Assembly (NCBI GenBank): GCA_963790475.1
Contig: CAWBOS010000010.1
Span: 160,001-224,000, forward strand
Length of the DNA: 64,000 nt
DNA from: an uncultured delta proteobacterium
Lineage (GTDB): Bacteria; Desulfobacterota; RBG-13-43-22
Direction of reading: 5' to 3'
The translations under genes were made by a program, and so were the position numbers. The notes below the pieces were generated by a model that saw only the letters and a list, made by a program, of their open reading frames with translations, was not told where the DNA came from and did not search any database. This document shows, piece after piece, positions 40,470 to 49,721 of this stretch (its first letter is position 1; every line of letters starts with the position of its first letter).

Positions 40470-41198
40470 ATGGTCGATCAAGAGTGGTATAACATCATCG
40501 AACTAGTAGCCCCCTATGTTGTGAGGATTTGGACACCCCAAGGCTCAGGAACGGGGTTCCTTGTTTCAGTAAGCCAAAGCACGCCACTATGTGCAATAGC
40601 AACTGCGGCTCATGTAATTGCTCACGCACATTACTGGGAGGAACCTCTTCGCATAGAGCACCAGGCATCGGCAAAAACGTTACTCTTGAGGCAGCCGGAC
40701 AGAGCCATCAATATTGATACTAGCAAAGATACCGCTGCAATAACGTTTGAGCGAGGAGACTTAGCATTTCCAGATAATATCCTTACTCTCATAGAAAAGG
40801 GTAAATATTTCAAAGCGGGTGTGGAGATCGGCTGGCTTGGCTATCCGGCCATACCCAGAGCAAGTCTTTGCTTTTTCTCTGGTCGTATCAGCGCCTGGAT
40901 TGAAGCAGAAAACGCATACTTAGTCGATGGGGTCGCCATTAACGGGGTTAGTGGTGGTCCTGCTTTCACCCTTTGGGGTGGTATGCTAGCTGGGGTAGTA
41001 TCTGCATACATCCCTAATCGGGAAACAGGCGAAGCCCTTCCAGGGCTGGCTGTGGTTCGTGGAGTGAGCCAATTCCATGAAGTTGCCGATTCTTTTCGCA
41101 CACTGGATGAGGCAAAAGCTACAGAAACTCCAGCGACTGAGCCACCGCCTATACCCGATGGAGAAAATCAGACGAAAGCTGGTCGAAGCTCAGTCTAA
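40470..41198 (+). CDS. trypsin-like serine protease
   Basis: GSGTGF, TAAHV, DTA and NGVSGGP catalytic-triad motifs; AGGAGG RBS. Confidence 0.88.
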   Translation: MVDQEWYNIIELVAPYVVRIWTPQGSGTGFLVSVSQSTPLCAIATAAHVIAHAHYWEEPLRIEHQASAKTLLLRQPDRAINIDTSKDTAAITFERGDLAFPDNILTLIEKGKYFKAGVEIGWLGYPAIPRASLCFFSGRISAWIEAENAYLVDGVAINGVSGGPAFTLWGGMLAGVVSAYIPNRETGEALPGLAVVRGVSQFHEVADSFRTLDEAKATETPATEPPPIPDGENQTKAGRSSV

Positions 41199-41253
41199 CG
41201 GCATTAAGCGCGATGAAGGAAAACCCACGGCGCCTTATGCATCGCATTCGAAC
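41193..41253 (+). other. degenerate attC-like site
   Basis: GTCTAAC overlaps the protease stop; GCATTAAGCG...CGCCTTATGC inverted repeat. Confidence 0.45.
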
Positions 41254-41437
41254 TAAGGTGAGATATGAGTAACACGATTTTTATTATAGGAGCTGTTGCT
41301 CCAAAGCTGCCGTGTTATGTGGGGACACTGAAAAATAAGTAAGAAACCTATTCAGAATATTTGGCGAATATCAAGTGACTCCTATGTTAATTTATTTTTT
41401 GCCAGCGTCCTTATAAACACATAACAAGGAGTACTGT

Positions 41438-44140
41438 ATGCCTATCCTTCAAAAATGTCTTGACTTTCCTTGTGGGGCAAAATTCTACCGAGCAGACCTG
41501 CACATTCATTCCTTTGGTCCCTCCCATGATGTGGATGATGAGCAGCTAACCCCAACTAATATCGTGACCTCTGCCATTCATGAGAAAATCGATGTCATCG
41601 CCGTCACAGATCACAACGAAATTGATAATGTCATGGCTGTGATTCAATCTGCAGAAAAGAAGCTCCTGGTCATTCCAGGCGTCGAACTATCTACAAATCA
41701 GGGACACCTTCTATGCTATTTGCCGACCCTTGAAGCTTTGAACAAATTCTATGGCAGACTGGATATTGTGGATCGAGGTAAACAGACTTCTCGTTGCCAA
41801 AATGCAATTCTTGAATGCCTGACTCTAGTTAACCAGTTTGGCGGCTTTGGAATTCTTGCACACGTTGACGCAGGAAGTGGATTCGAGACCGAAGTTCCCG
41901 GCGCTGCTCCTCATAAAATTGACGTTCTGTGTCATCCAGCACTATTGGGTCTCGAGCTAAAATCAGCAAAGTCAGTAATTTCTTATGCCGATACTGATAT
42001 TGACAAAAATCGTACCGAGATTGGACGTGAGCGAATTAAACGGCAAGGCCTTGGTTCCAAACAATTTCTTGCCCGAATTCTAAGTTCAGACGCACATACT
42101 CTTGGTTCAATAGGACGCAATGCTGACGGTTATCAAAAGGTGACACGAGTTAAGATGGATCAACCGTCATTTTCAGCACTTCGCATTGCCCTGGAAGATA
42201 GCGACGCAAGGATTCGTATTGAAGATATGATCCCTCATACTGTCCCTGCCTTTCTTGGCATACACATTGAAGATGGCTTTTTGGGAAACCAAACAATTCG
42301 ATTTAGCAAAAATTTGAACTGTATCATTGGAGGTCGCGGAGCAGGCAAATCATTGACATTTGAGGCATTACGACTCTTGACTGGTGTCGAGAGCGGGAAT
42401 TCGGTTATTGATTCAGAAGTTTGGCCAAATAAACTTCATCTCTTTTGGGAAGATCCTGCCGGGCAAAGACATAAATTGACTAGATCAACAGGAGGTGACG
42501 TTGAGAATGCAGAGGACCCATTCAGCGGACCAGTGAAGTTTGAGCTAGACTGCTTTGGTCAGGGGGAGACGGCTAAAATCAGCGAGAAGGCAAAGACTGA
42601 TCCTCTGGCATTACTCACATATCTCGACAAGTTTGTAAACATTTCGGAGGCCACCGAAGGTGAAGCACTGGCACGAGGAAAGCTAGTTGAATTACAAACA
42701 AAGATCGAAGAAGCGACCCTGAAAGTTAATTTAATCCCACAATATGAGAATGCCTTGAAAATAACCCAAAACCAACTCGTTGCTCTTGAGAAAGCAAAAG
42801 CCAAGGAGGTTATCGAGTTGCAACGTAAAATAGCGTCGGAGAGAGAACTTCGACTTCAAATAAATTCTAAGATTGTATCTTTGAAAGAAGATGTTTCTCT
42901 GCGTCCAGCTAAAACACGGCTTGACGAGATAAAGTCGCTAGCCGACCCGAGTACTCTTGCGGTAGGTGTGGTCGAGTTTAAGGAAATTATTAAAAAAGTA
43001 GACGAATTAAAGATGTGCGTTGAACAAGCTGATGTTCAGGTGAAGGAGAAGTTCAAGGCGTTTACAGAGGGAACTATCGGATTACTTTCAAAATGGAAAG
43101 CGAAGGATTCAGAAACACAAAGCCAAATCGACCTGAAAAGGAAGGAATTGGAAGCACAAGGTATACGGCTGGATATGGCCTATGTCCAAAAACTTGCAAA
43201 AGACGAGGCTAGCCAGAAAAAAGATGTTGCTACTCTCAAGACATGGATTCCACATCTTAAGGAACTCAAGAAACAAAGAAATGAAACGCTGAAGGTTCGC
43301 TGGGAAAGCCGTGAACGGGTGGCAAACATTCGAGAGGCGTATGGACGTATTGCATCAAAGACCTTGAAAGAAGCCCTTTCTGATCTTCAGGTTAGTCTCA
43401 AATACATACGAAATGGATTTTCTCCGGTTGCTTCGGCGCAGATTATAAGTGCAATGGGGTGGAGAACCGTCCAGCAGCAGCGTGTCGCTGCTCTTGTTGA
43501 GAAATTAACCATTCCAGAACTTCTAAAAGTAATTGAACAAAAAAATATTGTTGCTATAACAAACTTAAAATCACCTGAAGGCGTGTCTATTTTTGAAAAA
43601 TCCGAGGCATCCGACATAATTCAGAAACTAGGACAGCCAGCGATCAAATTTGCGTTGGAGCGATGCGAGCTTTATGACCTACCGCGCCTAACTGTAACAA
43701 AAATCCTTCAGGATACTGTTGGAAAGGTCAAGCCCTTGTCGCGGGACTACTCCAAATTATCACTCGGGCAGCAGCAATCGGTGCTACTCGCCTTAATGTT
43801 ATCCTCGAACAGTAAACTCCCTCTAATTATTGACCAACCAGAAGACAATCTCGACAGCGAATTCATTTATCAAACACTTGTTCCTGTACTGCGCCGCGCA
43901 AAGGAAAGGCGACAAATTATAGTTGTTACTCACAACCCGAATGTCGCGGTGCTGGGTGATGCCGAGCAAATAATAATACTCAAGAGTACTAGTGAAAGGG
44001 CACAGATAATAGCGCGTGGATCTATAGACAATCCAGATACTTGTAAATATGCATGCAGCATCCTCGAGGGGGCTCAAGAAGCATTCGAACGTAGAGCAAA
44101 GATTTATGGACTGGGTGTACCTGTGTCTCAGAATTCTTAA
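41438..44140 (+). CDS. PHP phosphoesterase fused to coiled-coil ABC/SMC-like ATPase (Ppl/TrlF-like)
   Basis: DLHIHS, VTDHN, GVE, LAH and SDAH (PHP); GGRGAGKS, LSLGQ, IIDQPEDNLD and VTHN (ATPase); lower GC than flanks. Confidence 0.85.
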   Translation: MPILQKCLDFPCGAKFYRADLHIHSFGPSHDVDDEQLTPTNIVTSAIHEKIDVIAVTDHNEIDNVMAVIQSAEKKLLVIPGVELSTNQGHLLCYLPTLEALNKFYGRLDIVDRGKQTSRCQNAILECLTLVNQFGGFGILAHVDAGSGFETEVPGAAPHKIDVLCHPALLGLELKSAKSVISYADTDIDKNRTEIGRERIKRQGLGSKQFLARILSSDAHTLGSIGRNADGYQKVTRVKMDQPSFSALRIALEDSDARIRIEDMIPHTVPAFLGIHIEDGFLGNQTIRFSKNLNCIIGGRGAGKSLTFEALRLLTGVESGNSVIDSEVWPNKLHLFWEDPAGQRHKLTRSTGGDVENAEDPFSGPVKFELDCFGQGETAKISEKAKTDPLALLTYLDKFVNISEATEGEALARGKLVELQTKIEEATLKVNLIPQYENALKITQNQLVALEKAKAKEVIELQRKIASERELRLQINSKIVSLKEDVSLRPAKTRLDEIKSLADPSTLAVGVVEFKEIIKKVDELKMCVEQADVQVKEKFKAFTEGTIGLLSKWKAKDSETQSQIDLKRKELEAQGIRLDMAYVQKLAKDEASQKKDVATLKTWIPHLKELKKQRNETLKVRWESRERVANIREAYGRIASKTLKEALSDLQVSLKYIRNGFSPVASAQIISAMGWRTVQQQRVAALVEKLTIPELLKVIEQKNIVAITNLKSPEGVSIFEKSEASDIIQKLGQPAIKFALERCELYDLPRLTVTKILQDTVGKVKPLSRDYSKLSLGQQQSVLLALMLSSNSKLPLIIDQPEDNLDSEFIYQTLVPVLRRAKERRQIIVVTHNPNVAVLGDAEQIIILKSTSERAQIIARGSIDNPDTCKYACSILEGAQEAFERRAKIYGLGVPVSQNS

Positions 44141-44155
44141 GAGCAAATCAAATGC

Positions 44156-44258
44156 TGGTCGGATCAGGCCAAGGGATGGATATCTCAATGAATCAAATAA
44201 AAAATAAAGGGTAAAAAAGAGCTTTTAAGATGCCCTTTTTACGCCTTCAAAAAAGGTT
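44156..44258 (+). repeat. ~75-100-bp element-end repeat (also 48812-48892 and 60937-61036)
   Basis: GGTCGG...CTCAATGAATCAAATAAAAAA..GGGTAAAA...TTTTA(C/T)..C shared by three loci. Confidence 0.7.
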
Positions 44259-44365
44259 TTAAGAAAACCCTCGACGCCGTAAACGATGAATAATCATTAA
44301 GGTGTCAGGCTCGCCCCCATGTAACAAAGGAGAAAAGGGACAAAGCAAAACCGAAGGGATGAGAC

Positions 44366-45157
44366 ATGGCTACAACACAAGTTGGTTCGCACACTGTTTA
44401 CTATGATGATCTGGGGGCTGGCCACCCAATTGTGCTTCTCACCGGGCTGGGCGCCTCACGTCTTGGCTGGCGGAAGCAGCTTGAGCCCTTCTCGGCCAGG
44501 TATCGGGTCATCAATATGGACAACCGGGACTCGGGCGACAGCCTCCCCGACACAGGGCCATACGGCATTGCCGACCTGGCGGATGATGTGCGAGGTGTCA
44601 TTCAGAATCTCAAGCTTGAACGTATATATCTGGCCGGCATCTCCATGGGCGGATTTATCTCGATGGAACTGGCCATCCGCCATCCCGAGCTGGTCGAGAA
44701 ACTGGTTTTGGTTTCAACCAGCGCCGGTGGCTCAACCAATGTTCAGCCAAAGCCGGAAATTCTGACCCTACTGGTTCCCGGTGAGGCCGAGGATATTGAG
44801 CAGGTTGCCCGTCGAACCTTTACGGCGATTACGGGCAAAGGGTTTATGGATGCGCATCCGGAAGACCTGGAGGAAATTGTGAAAATCATGAAAGAGAAGG
44901 CGATGCCGCTAGAATCATTCCAACGGCAACTCGGAGCGGCGATGGTACATGATGCCACGGATCGTCTGGACCGGATTTCCGCGCCGACCCTGGTCATTCA
45001 CGGTGACTATGATCCGCTCATTCCCTACGAGAACGGCCAGTACCTGGCCGCGCACATCAAGGCCGCGCGACTTTCCACCTATCCGGGTGTCGGACACCTG
45101 CCGATCATAGAGGCGGCCGATAGATTCAATCGCGAAGTGCTCGAGTTTTTGGGATAA
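44366..45157 (+). CDS. alpha/beta hydrolase
   Basis: GISMGG nucleophile elbow, HGDYD and GH motifs. Confidence 0.9.
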   Translation: MATTQVGSHTVYYDDLGAGHPIVLLTGLGASRLGWRKQLEPFSARYRVINMDNRDSGDSLPDTGPYGIADLADDVRGVIQNLKLERIYLAGISMGGFISMELAIRHPELVEKLVLVSTSAGGSTNVQPKPEILTLLVPGEAEDIEQVARRTFTAITGKGFMDAHPEDLEEIVKIMKEKAMPLESFQRQLGAAMVHDATDRLDRISAPTLVIHGDYDPLIPYENGQYLAAHIKAARLSTYPGVGHLPIIEAADRFNREVLEFLG

Positions 45158-45159
45158 AA

Positions 45160-45622
45160 ATGAAAATCCGGCCAATCATTGAAGAAGACATTCCAGCCGT
45201 TGTAGATCTGATTCTCCAAAATTACGACGAGGTGATGCCTGCGTATCACTCACCGGGAGTTCTTGAGAAATCCAGATTAAAGGTAACCCCGGATCAAATC
45301 AGGGCACAGGTGAAAACCAATTTTTGTTGTTGAATCAGAGGGAGAGGTCATTGCTACAGCGGCGTTGGCCAACTTTGGAACAGGGGAAATCCCCAAGCAC
45401 AGCGTTTCTAATGTCTTTATCAAAGTCGACCATCAAAACCGGGGAATCGGGAAGTTTCTAATGGAACATCTCTTCCATTCGGCAGGCGATAACAATGTCG
45501 AGATCCTTCAGGTTCCAAGCAGTTTGAACGCCATCTCTTTTTACCAAAGAATCGGTTTTATAAAGAATGAAGAACAACCGGATTCGGCTGATGAAATCAC
45601 TTGGATGACCAAGGTACTTTAA
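45160..45622 (+). pseudogene. GNAT acetyltransferase, frameshifted
   Basis: ATG 45160 MKIRPIIEED; shift near 45320 into HQNRGIGKFLM...AISFYQRIGF. Confidence 0.75.
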
Positions 45623-45656
45623 ATAAAAGTGCCAAACTGTTAAAGGGGTGCTGGGA

Positions 45657-46085
45657 ATGAGATCAACTTTTCTGCCGATTGCGACGGCTGTAATGGGCGG
45701 TGTGCTCTACCATGTCGCGCAAAAATCTATTCCGAAGGCCGTCAGCCCTTTTGCTGCGATCATCGTCGCCTACACAGTCGGCATTGCCTTGTGTGGTGTC
45801 GCTTTTTATCTCGACCCGGCGCGTCCCTCTTTTCTATCCTCGGTGCGGGAATCGAACTGGGCCGTAGTCTTTGTGGGTGTTGGTGCCGCGATCATCGAGG
45901 TCTCGGTTCTGCTGGCCTACCGGGGGGGATGGAACATCAACACCATGTCGGTCGTCATGAGCATCTCGGTCGCATTAATACTCATCCCCGTCGGTCTGTT
46001 CTCTTTCAACGAGCACTTGTCGTTGCGGAGCGCAGTTGGGATCGCCTGCTGTTTGATTGGCCTCTGGCTGATCTCGAAAAGATAA
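45657..46085 (+). CDS. EamA/DMT-family small transporter
   Basis: Five TM, YHVAQK and F.E.LS patterns. Confidence 0.8.
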   Translation: MRSTFLPIATAVMGGVLYHVAQKSIPKAVSPFAAIIVAYTVGIALCGVAFYLDPARPSFLSSVRESNWAVVFVGVGAAIIEVSVLLAYRGGWNINTMSVVMSISVALILIPVGLFSFNEHLSLRSAVGIACCLIGLWLISKR

Positions 46086-46287
46086 ATTCCCGGCTTGGGC
46101 CTCTGATCGAGTTTTTGGGATAAGACAGAGCGGTTATTCCGGCGCGCAAAAGGTCGGAATGGGAAAAGAAATTCAGTCGGATTCGGAATAAAATGAGTCA
46201 AAGGTAAAGGTAAAGGATTTGACCCCAAACCCACCAAACCCATGAGGCGTCGGCTGAGTTCGGCGTTGGCCTTCAAAGGATGACTAA

Positions 46288-46677
46288 ATGAAAGAAAATG
46301 ACCGTTATCAAAGAGGCTGGGAAAAACTCAAGGAAGTTGACGGTGAGGCCGGCGAGCGTGTAATCGAAAGCCTCAAGGATATTGCGCCTGAGTTTGCCCG
46401 AATACTGATCGAATTTTCTTTTGGCGATATTTATTCAAGGCCGGGATTGGATCTAAAGTCCAGAGAAATAGCCGTAGTTGCCGCTTTGACCGCTTTGGGA
46501 AATGCCACACCGCAATTAAAAGTGCATATTCATGGTGCGCTTAATGTTGGATGCACGGAGCAGGAAATTGTAGAAATAATGATGCAAATGGCAGTGTTTG
46601 CGGGCTTCCCCGCGGCACTTAATGGATTGTTCGCGGCCAAAGAGGTTTTTGCTGAAAGAAAAAACACAAAAGGTTAA
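46288..46677 (+). CDS. carboxymuconolactone decarboxylase family protein (gene-cassette-like)
   Basis: [25 protein letters not shown] and AGFPAA motifs; bracketed by attC-like sequences. Confidence 0.9.
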   Translation: MKENDRYQRGWEKLKEVDGEAGERVIESLKDIAPEFARILIEFSFGDIYSRPGLDLKSREIAVVAALTALGNATPQLKVHIHGALNVGCTEQEIVEIMMQMAVFAGFPAALNGLFAAKEVFAERKNTKG

Positions 46678-46730
46678 CCTGGCACTCAAGCCGCCCCGAA
46701 CCTCACGCAGCTTAGCGAAGCGATTGGGCC
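46672..46730 (+). other. degenerate attC-like site
   Basis: GGTTAAC at the stop, CTCAAGC...GCTTAG inner boxes, GATTGGGC end; upstream partner ends GGCTGAGTTCGGC-GTTGGCC (46265). Confidence 0.5.
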
Positions 46731-46798
46731 CTATGGGAGCCGTTTTGAAACAATCGAGCATAATCAGGGATTCCATGTGAAACTACTAATAGAGGACA

Positions 46799-47277
46799 AT
46801 GATGGCTGATAAGAAAATGGATCTGGCCGGGCCGGGCATCGGCACTTATGAGGAAGTGGATAAAAGCCTTCCCCACAATTATAAGGTCTTGTTGGGTCCC
46901 AAGGAGAGAATGCGGGCACTGTTCAAGATTAAAAACTTCATCGAAGAGAACCTGTGTCGGGAACTCAACCTTTTCATGGTTCAGGTTCCGCTCATCGTCA
47001 CCAAGGACAGCGGTGTCAACGATTACCTGGACCGGGATGGTTCGCGCACGCCCGTTGAATTTCCCTGCGGGCTCGGTCTGGAAAAAAGAATCGAGGCCCA
47101 GGTGGTCCGGGCCGCCACCAAATGGAAGTCGTTACGAGAATCTGGTCGGTTATCTATGAGGCCGGCCAGATGGTCAGGAAAGACTTTCCCGCCCATCTGG
47201 GCGAGGTGAGCATCACGGTCTGGCCTGATGTCCTTAAATCGATTTGCAAAAAGAAAAATATCCGGGTATTGGAATAA
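46799..47277 (+). pseudogene. asnA: asnA copy with two internal deletions
   Basis: Collinear with 61091-62224 but lacking ~61420-61590 and ~61657-62139. Confidence 0.92.
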
Positions 47278-47350
47278 GGAATTGAGAAAAATCAGATGTG
47301 AGGTTAATGGGGTAGGGCAACGAAAACAATTTGAATCCCCGTCTGTGTGC

Positions 47351-47635
47351 TGGTGTAGTCTCTCAATAATAGGTTTACAATAGTCTTATTCCGTCATTCC
47401 TGCGAAAGCAGGAATCCAGGTTGAAAAGACTGGGTTCCGGATCAAGAGGGTGTGTCACAATTGCATTTATGTCATTTCGTGCAACCGAAGCGCGACACGG
47501 AATCCAGTTTTCCAATAAGTTCTGGATACCGGCTTTCGCCGGTATGACGACTTTGATGGCACTTTAAGTAATTACGAGACAGCCTCCAAGTCCGGAATGA
47601 CAACCATGGAGAGCGATTACTGTTACATTACACTA
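47351..47635. mobile_element. four-level nested MITE/REP palindromes
   Basis: Outer 20-bp imperfect TIR encloses GTCATTCC...GGAATGAC, which encloses a GAGG..CCTC element with CAA TSD, which encloses GTCAT...ATGAC. Confidence 0.75.
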
Positions 47636-47645
47636 AGAGTGAACC

Positions 47646-48176
47646 ATGGAGAGTAAGAAGATATCCGTGGAAGGCAGGGAACGTCTGCGAAGACGCTATC
47701 GGCCGGTCAGTGTCCGCGTTCTCTTCGTGGGCGAGGGGCCGCCGGCCTCGGGTCGATTTTTCTATCAGGCGGATTCGGGACTTTACCGGGCGATTCGCGA
47801 CGCCTTTGCCAACGTTTTCCCCGTGGTCGGCGACCAGGAGTTTCTGGAGTTGTTCCGATCGCTGGGTTGTTATCTGGTCGATTTGTGCGGCCGGCCCGTT
47901 GACCACCTGCCCGGTGACCAGCGCCTGAAAGCCTGCCTGGATAGCGAGGTTCGTCTGGCCGGGATACTGAAACGACTTCGTCCGGAAATCGTGATGACCG
48001 TGGTTCGATCGATCTCAGCTAATGTGAGGCGTACGCAACAGCGGGCCAACTGGTCGGGTATCCACATCGAACTTCCCTATCCGGGTCGCTGGAACCATCA
48101 CCGCACGGCGTTTCTTAAGGAGCTGTCACTCGTTCTTCACAGGATCTATAAGGGAAACGGATCATGTTCGCTATAA
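47646..48176 (+). CDS. uracil-DNA glycosylase-like superfamily protein
   Basis: VLFVGEGPP...FFY and LPYP motifs. Confidence 0.6.
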   Translation: MESKKISVEGRERLRRRYRPVSVRVLFVGEGPPASGRFFYQADSGLYRAIRDAFANVFPVVGDQEFLELFRSLGCYLVDLCGRPVDHLPGDQRLKACLDSEVRLAGILKRLRPEIVMTVVRSISANVRRTQQRANWSGIHIELPYPGRWNHHRTAFLKELSLVLHRIYKGNGSCSL

Positions 48177-48799
48177 ATCACGCGGCCACCGGGCTGATCA
48201 TCAAAAAGATATTTCCCGATGTACCGATGGCCATAATCTTGGTTTCGGTCCAGTTAATAGAGATCCTCTGGGTTGTATTAAACTTTCTCGGTGTGGAAAA
48301 GACAACAACCGAAGACAAAGTGCAATCAGTCAGCGACGTACATCTTGAGTATATGCCGTTTTCGCACTCAGTGGTCTCCACGGTTCTTTTGGCGGCCGGC
48401 GCCTGGATATTCCTGGACTTGGGATTCAAGGCGGCTGATATTGGAATAGCTGTGGCGCTGGGGATATGTTCTCACCTTCTGCTTGACCTGGTTAGTCATG
48501 CCCGTGATATTGTCATAGCGCCATTTCTGGACAGCAGAAAGTTCGGCTTGGGGCTCTATGAGAAACCGCCTTTGGCTTTCGTGTTTGAGACCATCTATGG
48601 GATTTTCTGCTGGTGGTTATACGGAGGCAGCAGGGCGTTATTTTTGATAATTGTCCTTTTTAACCTGGCGAACGCTTCTTTCTTTATCAAACCCATACCC
48701 GGTCCGGAAAGACTTATGGCACATCGGCCGTTCTCGATTACGGCCATAATAGCACTACAGATTGTCGTGACGGCGGTACTTGTAGGGTTGTTTAGCTGA
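48164..48799 (+). CDS. membrane-bound metal-dependent hydrolase-like protein
   Basis: N-terminal H, PFSHS and SHLLLD..SH motifs. Confidence 0.7.
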   Translation: MFAINHAATGLIIKKIFPDVPMAIILVSVQLIEILWVVLNFLGVEKTTTEDKVQSVSDVHLEYMPFSHSVVSTVLLAAGAWIFLDLGFKAADIGIAVALGICSHLLLDLVSHARDIVIAPFLDSRKFGLGLYEKPPLAFVFETIYGIFCWWLYGGSRALFLIIVLFNLANASFFIKPIPGPERLMAHRPFSITAIIALQIVVTAVLVGLFS

Positions 48800-48920
48800 A
48801 ATTTTGCGAGTGGGGGTCGGATCTTCTCATTGAACTAAATAAAAAAGCTGGGTAAGAAGGTCTTAAGGTGATATTTTTACCCCCAAAAAGCAGAAATCTC
48901 ATAAAGGGGAGAACCTGAAC

Positions 48921-49511
48921 ATGGTGAAAAAAACCAAGTTGTTGTTTTTAGCATTCTCATTGCTTTCATTCCTGATTGCCTGTGTTCCGTCAATGGATAT
49001 AAAATATGATAAACTTGCTAAAACGGAGTTGAAGCGCGGGACGGTTGCGGTTGGAGAGGTCAATAATAAACGTCTTAAAAGCTATGGAGGTCAGAGTTTT
49101 GGGTTATTAGGAAAACTTCGTGGAGGATATGGAAATCCTTTTGACCTGCAAACGGAGGAAGGAAAAGAGATTAACGTAGTTTTGAGGGAGATGGCTAAAA
49201 ACGTTCTGGAGCATAGCGGTTATACCTCAGGCAGAAGCGACAAGAAAGCTCCCAGGTTGGATATTGATGTGCTTCGCTTTTGGTGTGATGGGTATGGTAA
49301 CAAGTATACGATAGAAGCTGAGATTGCAGCAAAACTTGTCGATCCGCTGGATGGAAACGTCCTGACCCAGAGAGGAATTGACTTCGAGAGAGTATTTTCG
49401 CTTTCAACCCCCGGCAAGACGCGTGAAGCCTTTGATGTAGTATTTAATGACATACAGAAGCAATTGCTGAGGTTCATTGAGTCTAAAGAATTTCAGGCGG
49501 CTGTAAAGTAA
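48921..49511 (+). CDS. lipoprotein (YajG-like)
   Basis: LIAC lipobox; G.LRGGYGNP. Confidence 0.7.
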   Translation: MVKKTKLLFLAFSLLSFLIACVPSMDIKYDKLAKTELKRGTVAVGEVNNKRLKSYGGQSFGLLGKLRGGYGNPFDLQTEEGKEINVVLREMAKNVLEHSGYTSGRSDKKAPRLDIDVLRFWCDGYGNKYTIEAEIAAKLVDPLDGNVLTQRGIDFERVFSLSTPGKTREAFDVVFNDIQKQLLRFIESKEFQAAVK

Positions 49512-49540
49512 TTATTAAGGATCTAAGAAAAACCTCAAGG

Positions 49541-49627
49541 CCGCGAGCCAATCGATATTTTGTTCCCAATAAGGTTTGGCATATCACCTATCGAAGCATA
49601 GTCATTAAATTGTCGTGGCCCGACTCC
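49541..49627 (+). pseudogene. REP-associated (Y1) tyrosine transposase stub plus element end
   Basis: PRANRYFVPNKVWHITYR followed shortly by GTGGCCCGACTCC. Confidence 0.55.
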
Positions 49628-49721
49628 ATGCAATATCATCTGGGAAAGGGGCTCGGAATCTTGGTCTCTAAATAGGGCAGGGATGCCCTGGAATATAAAT
49701 TCCAAACTTAGGAGGTCAAAG

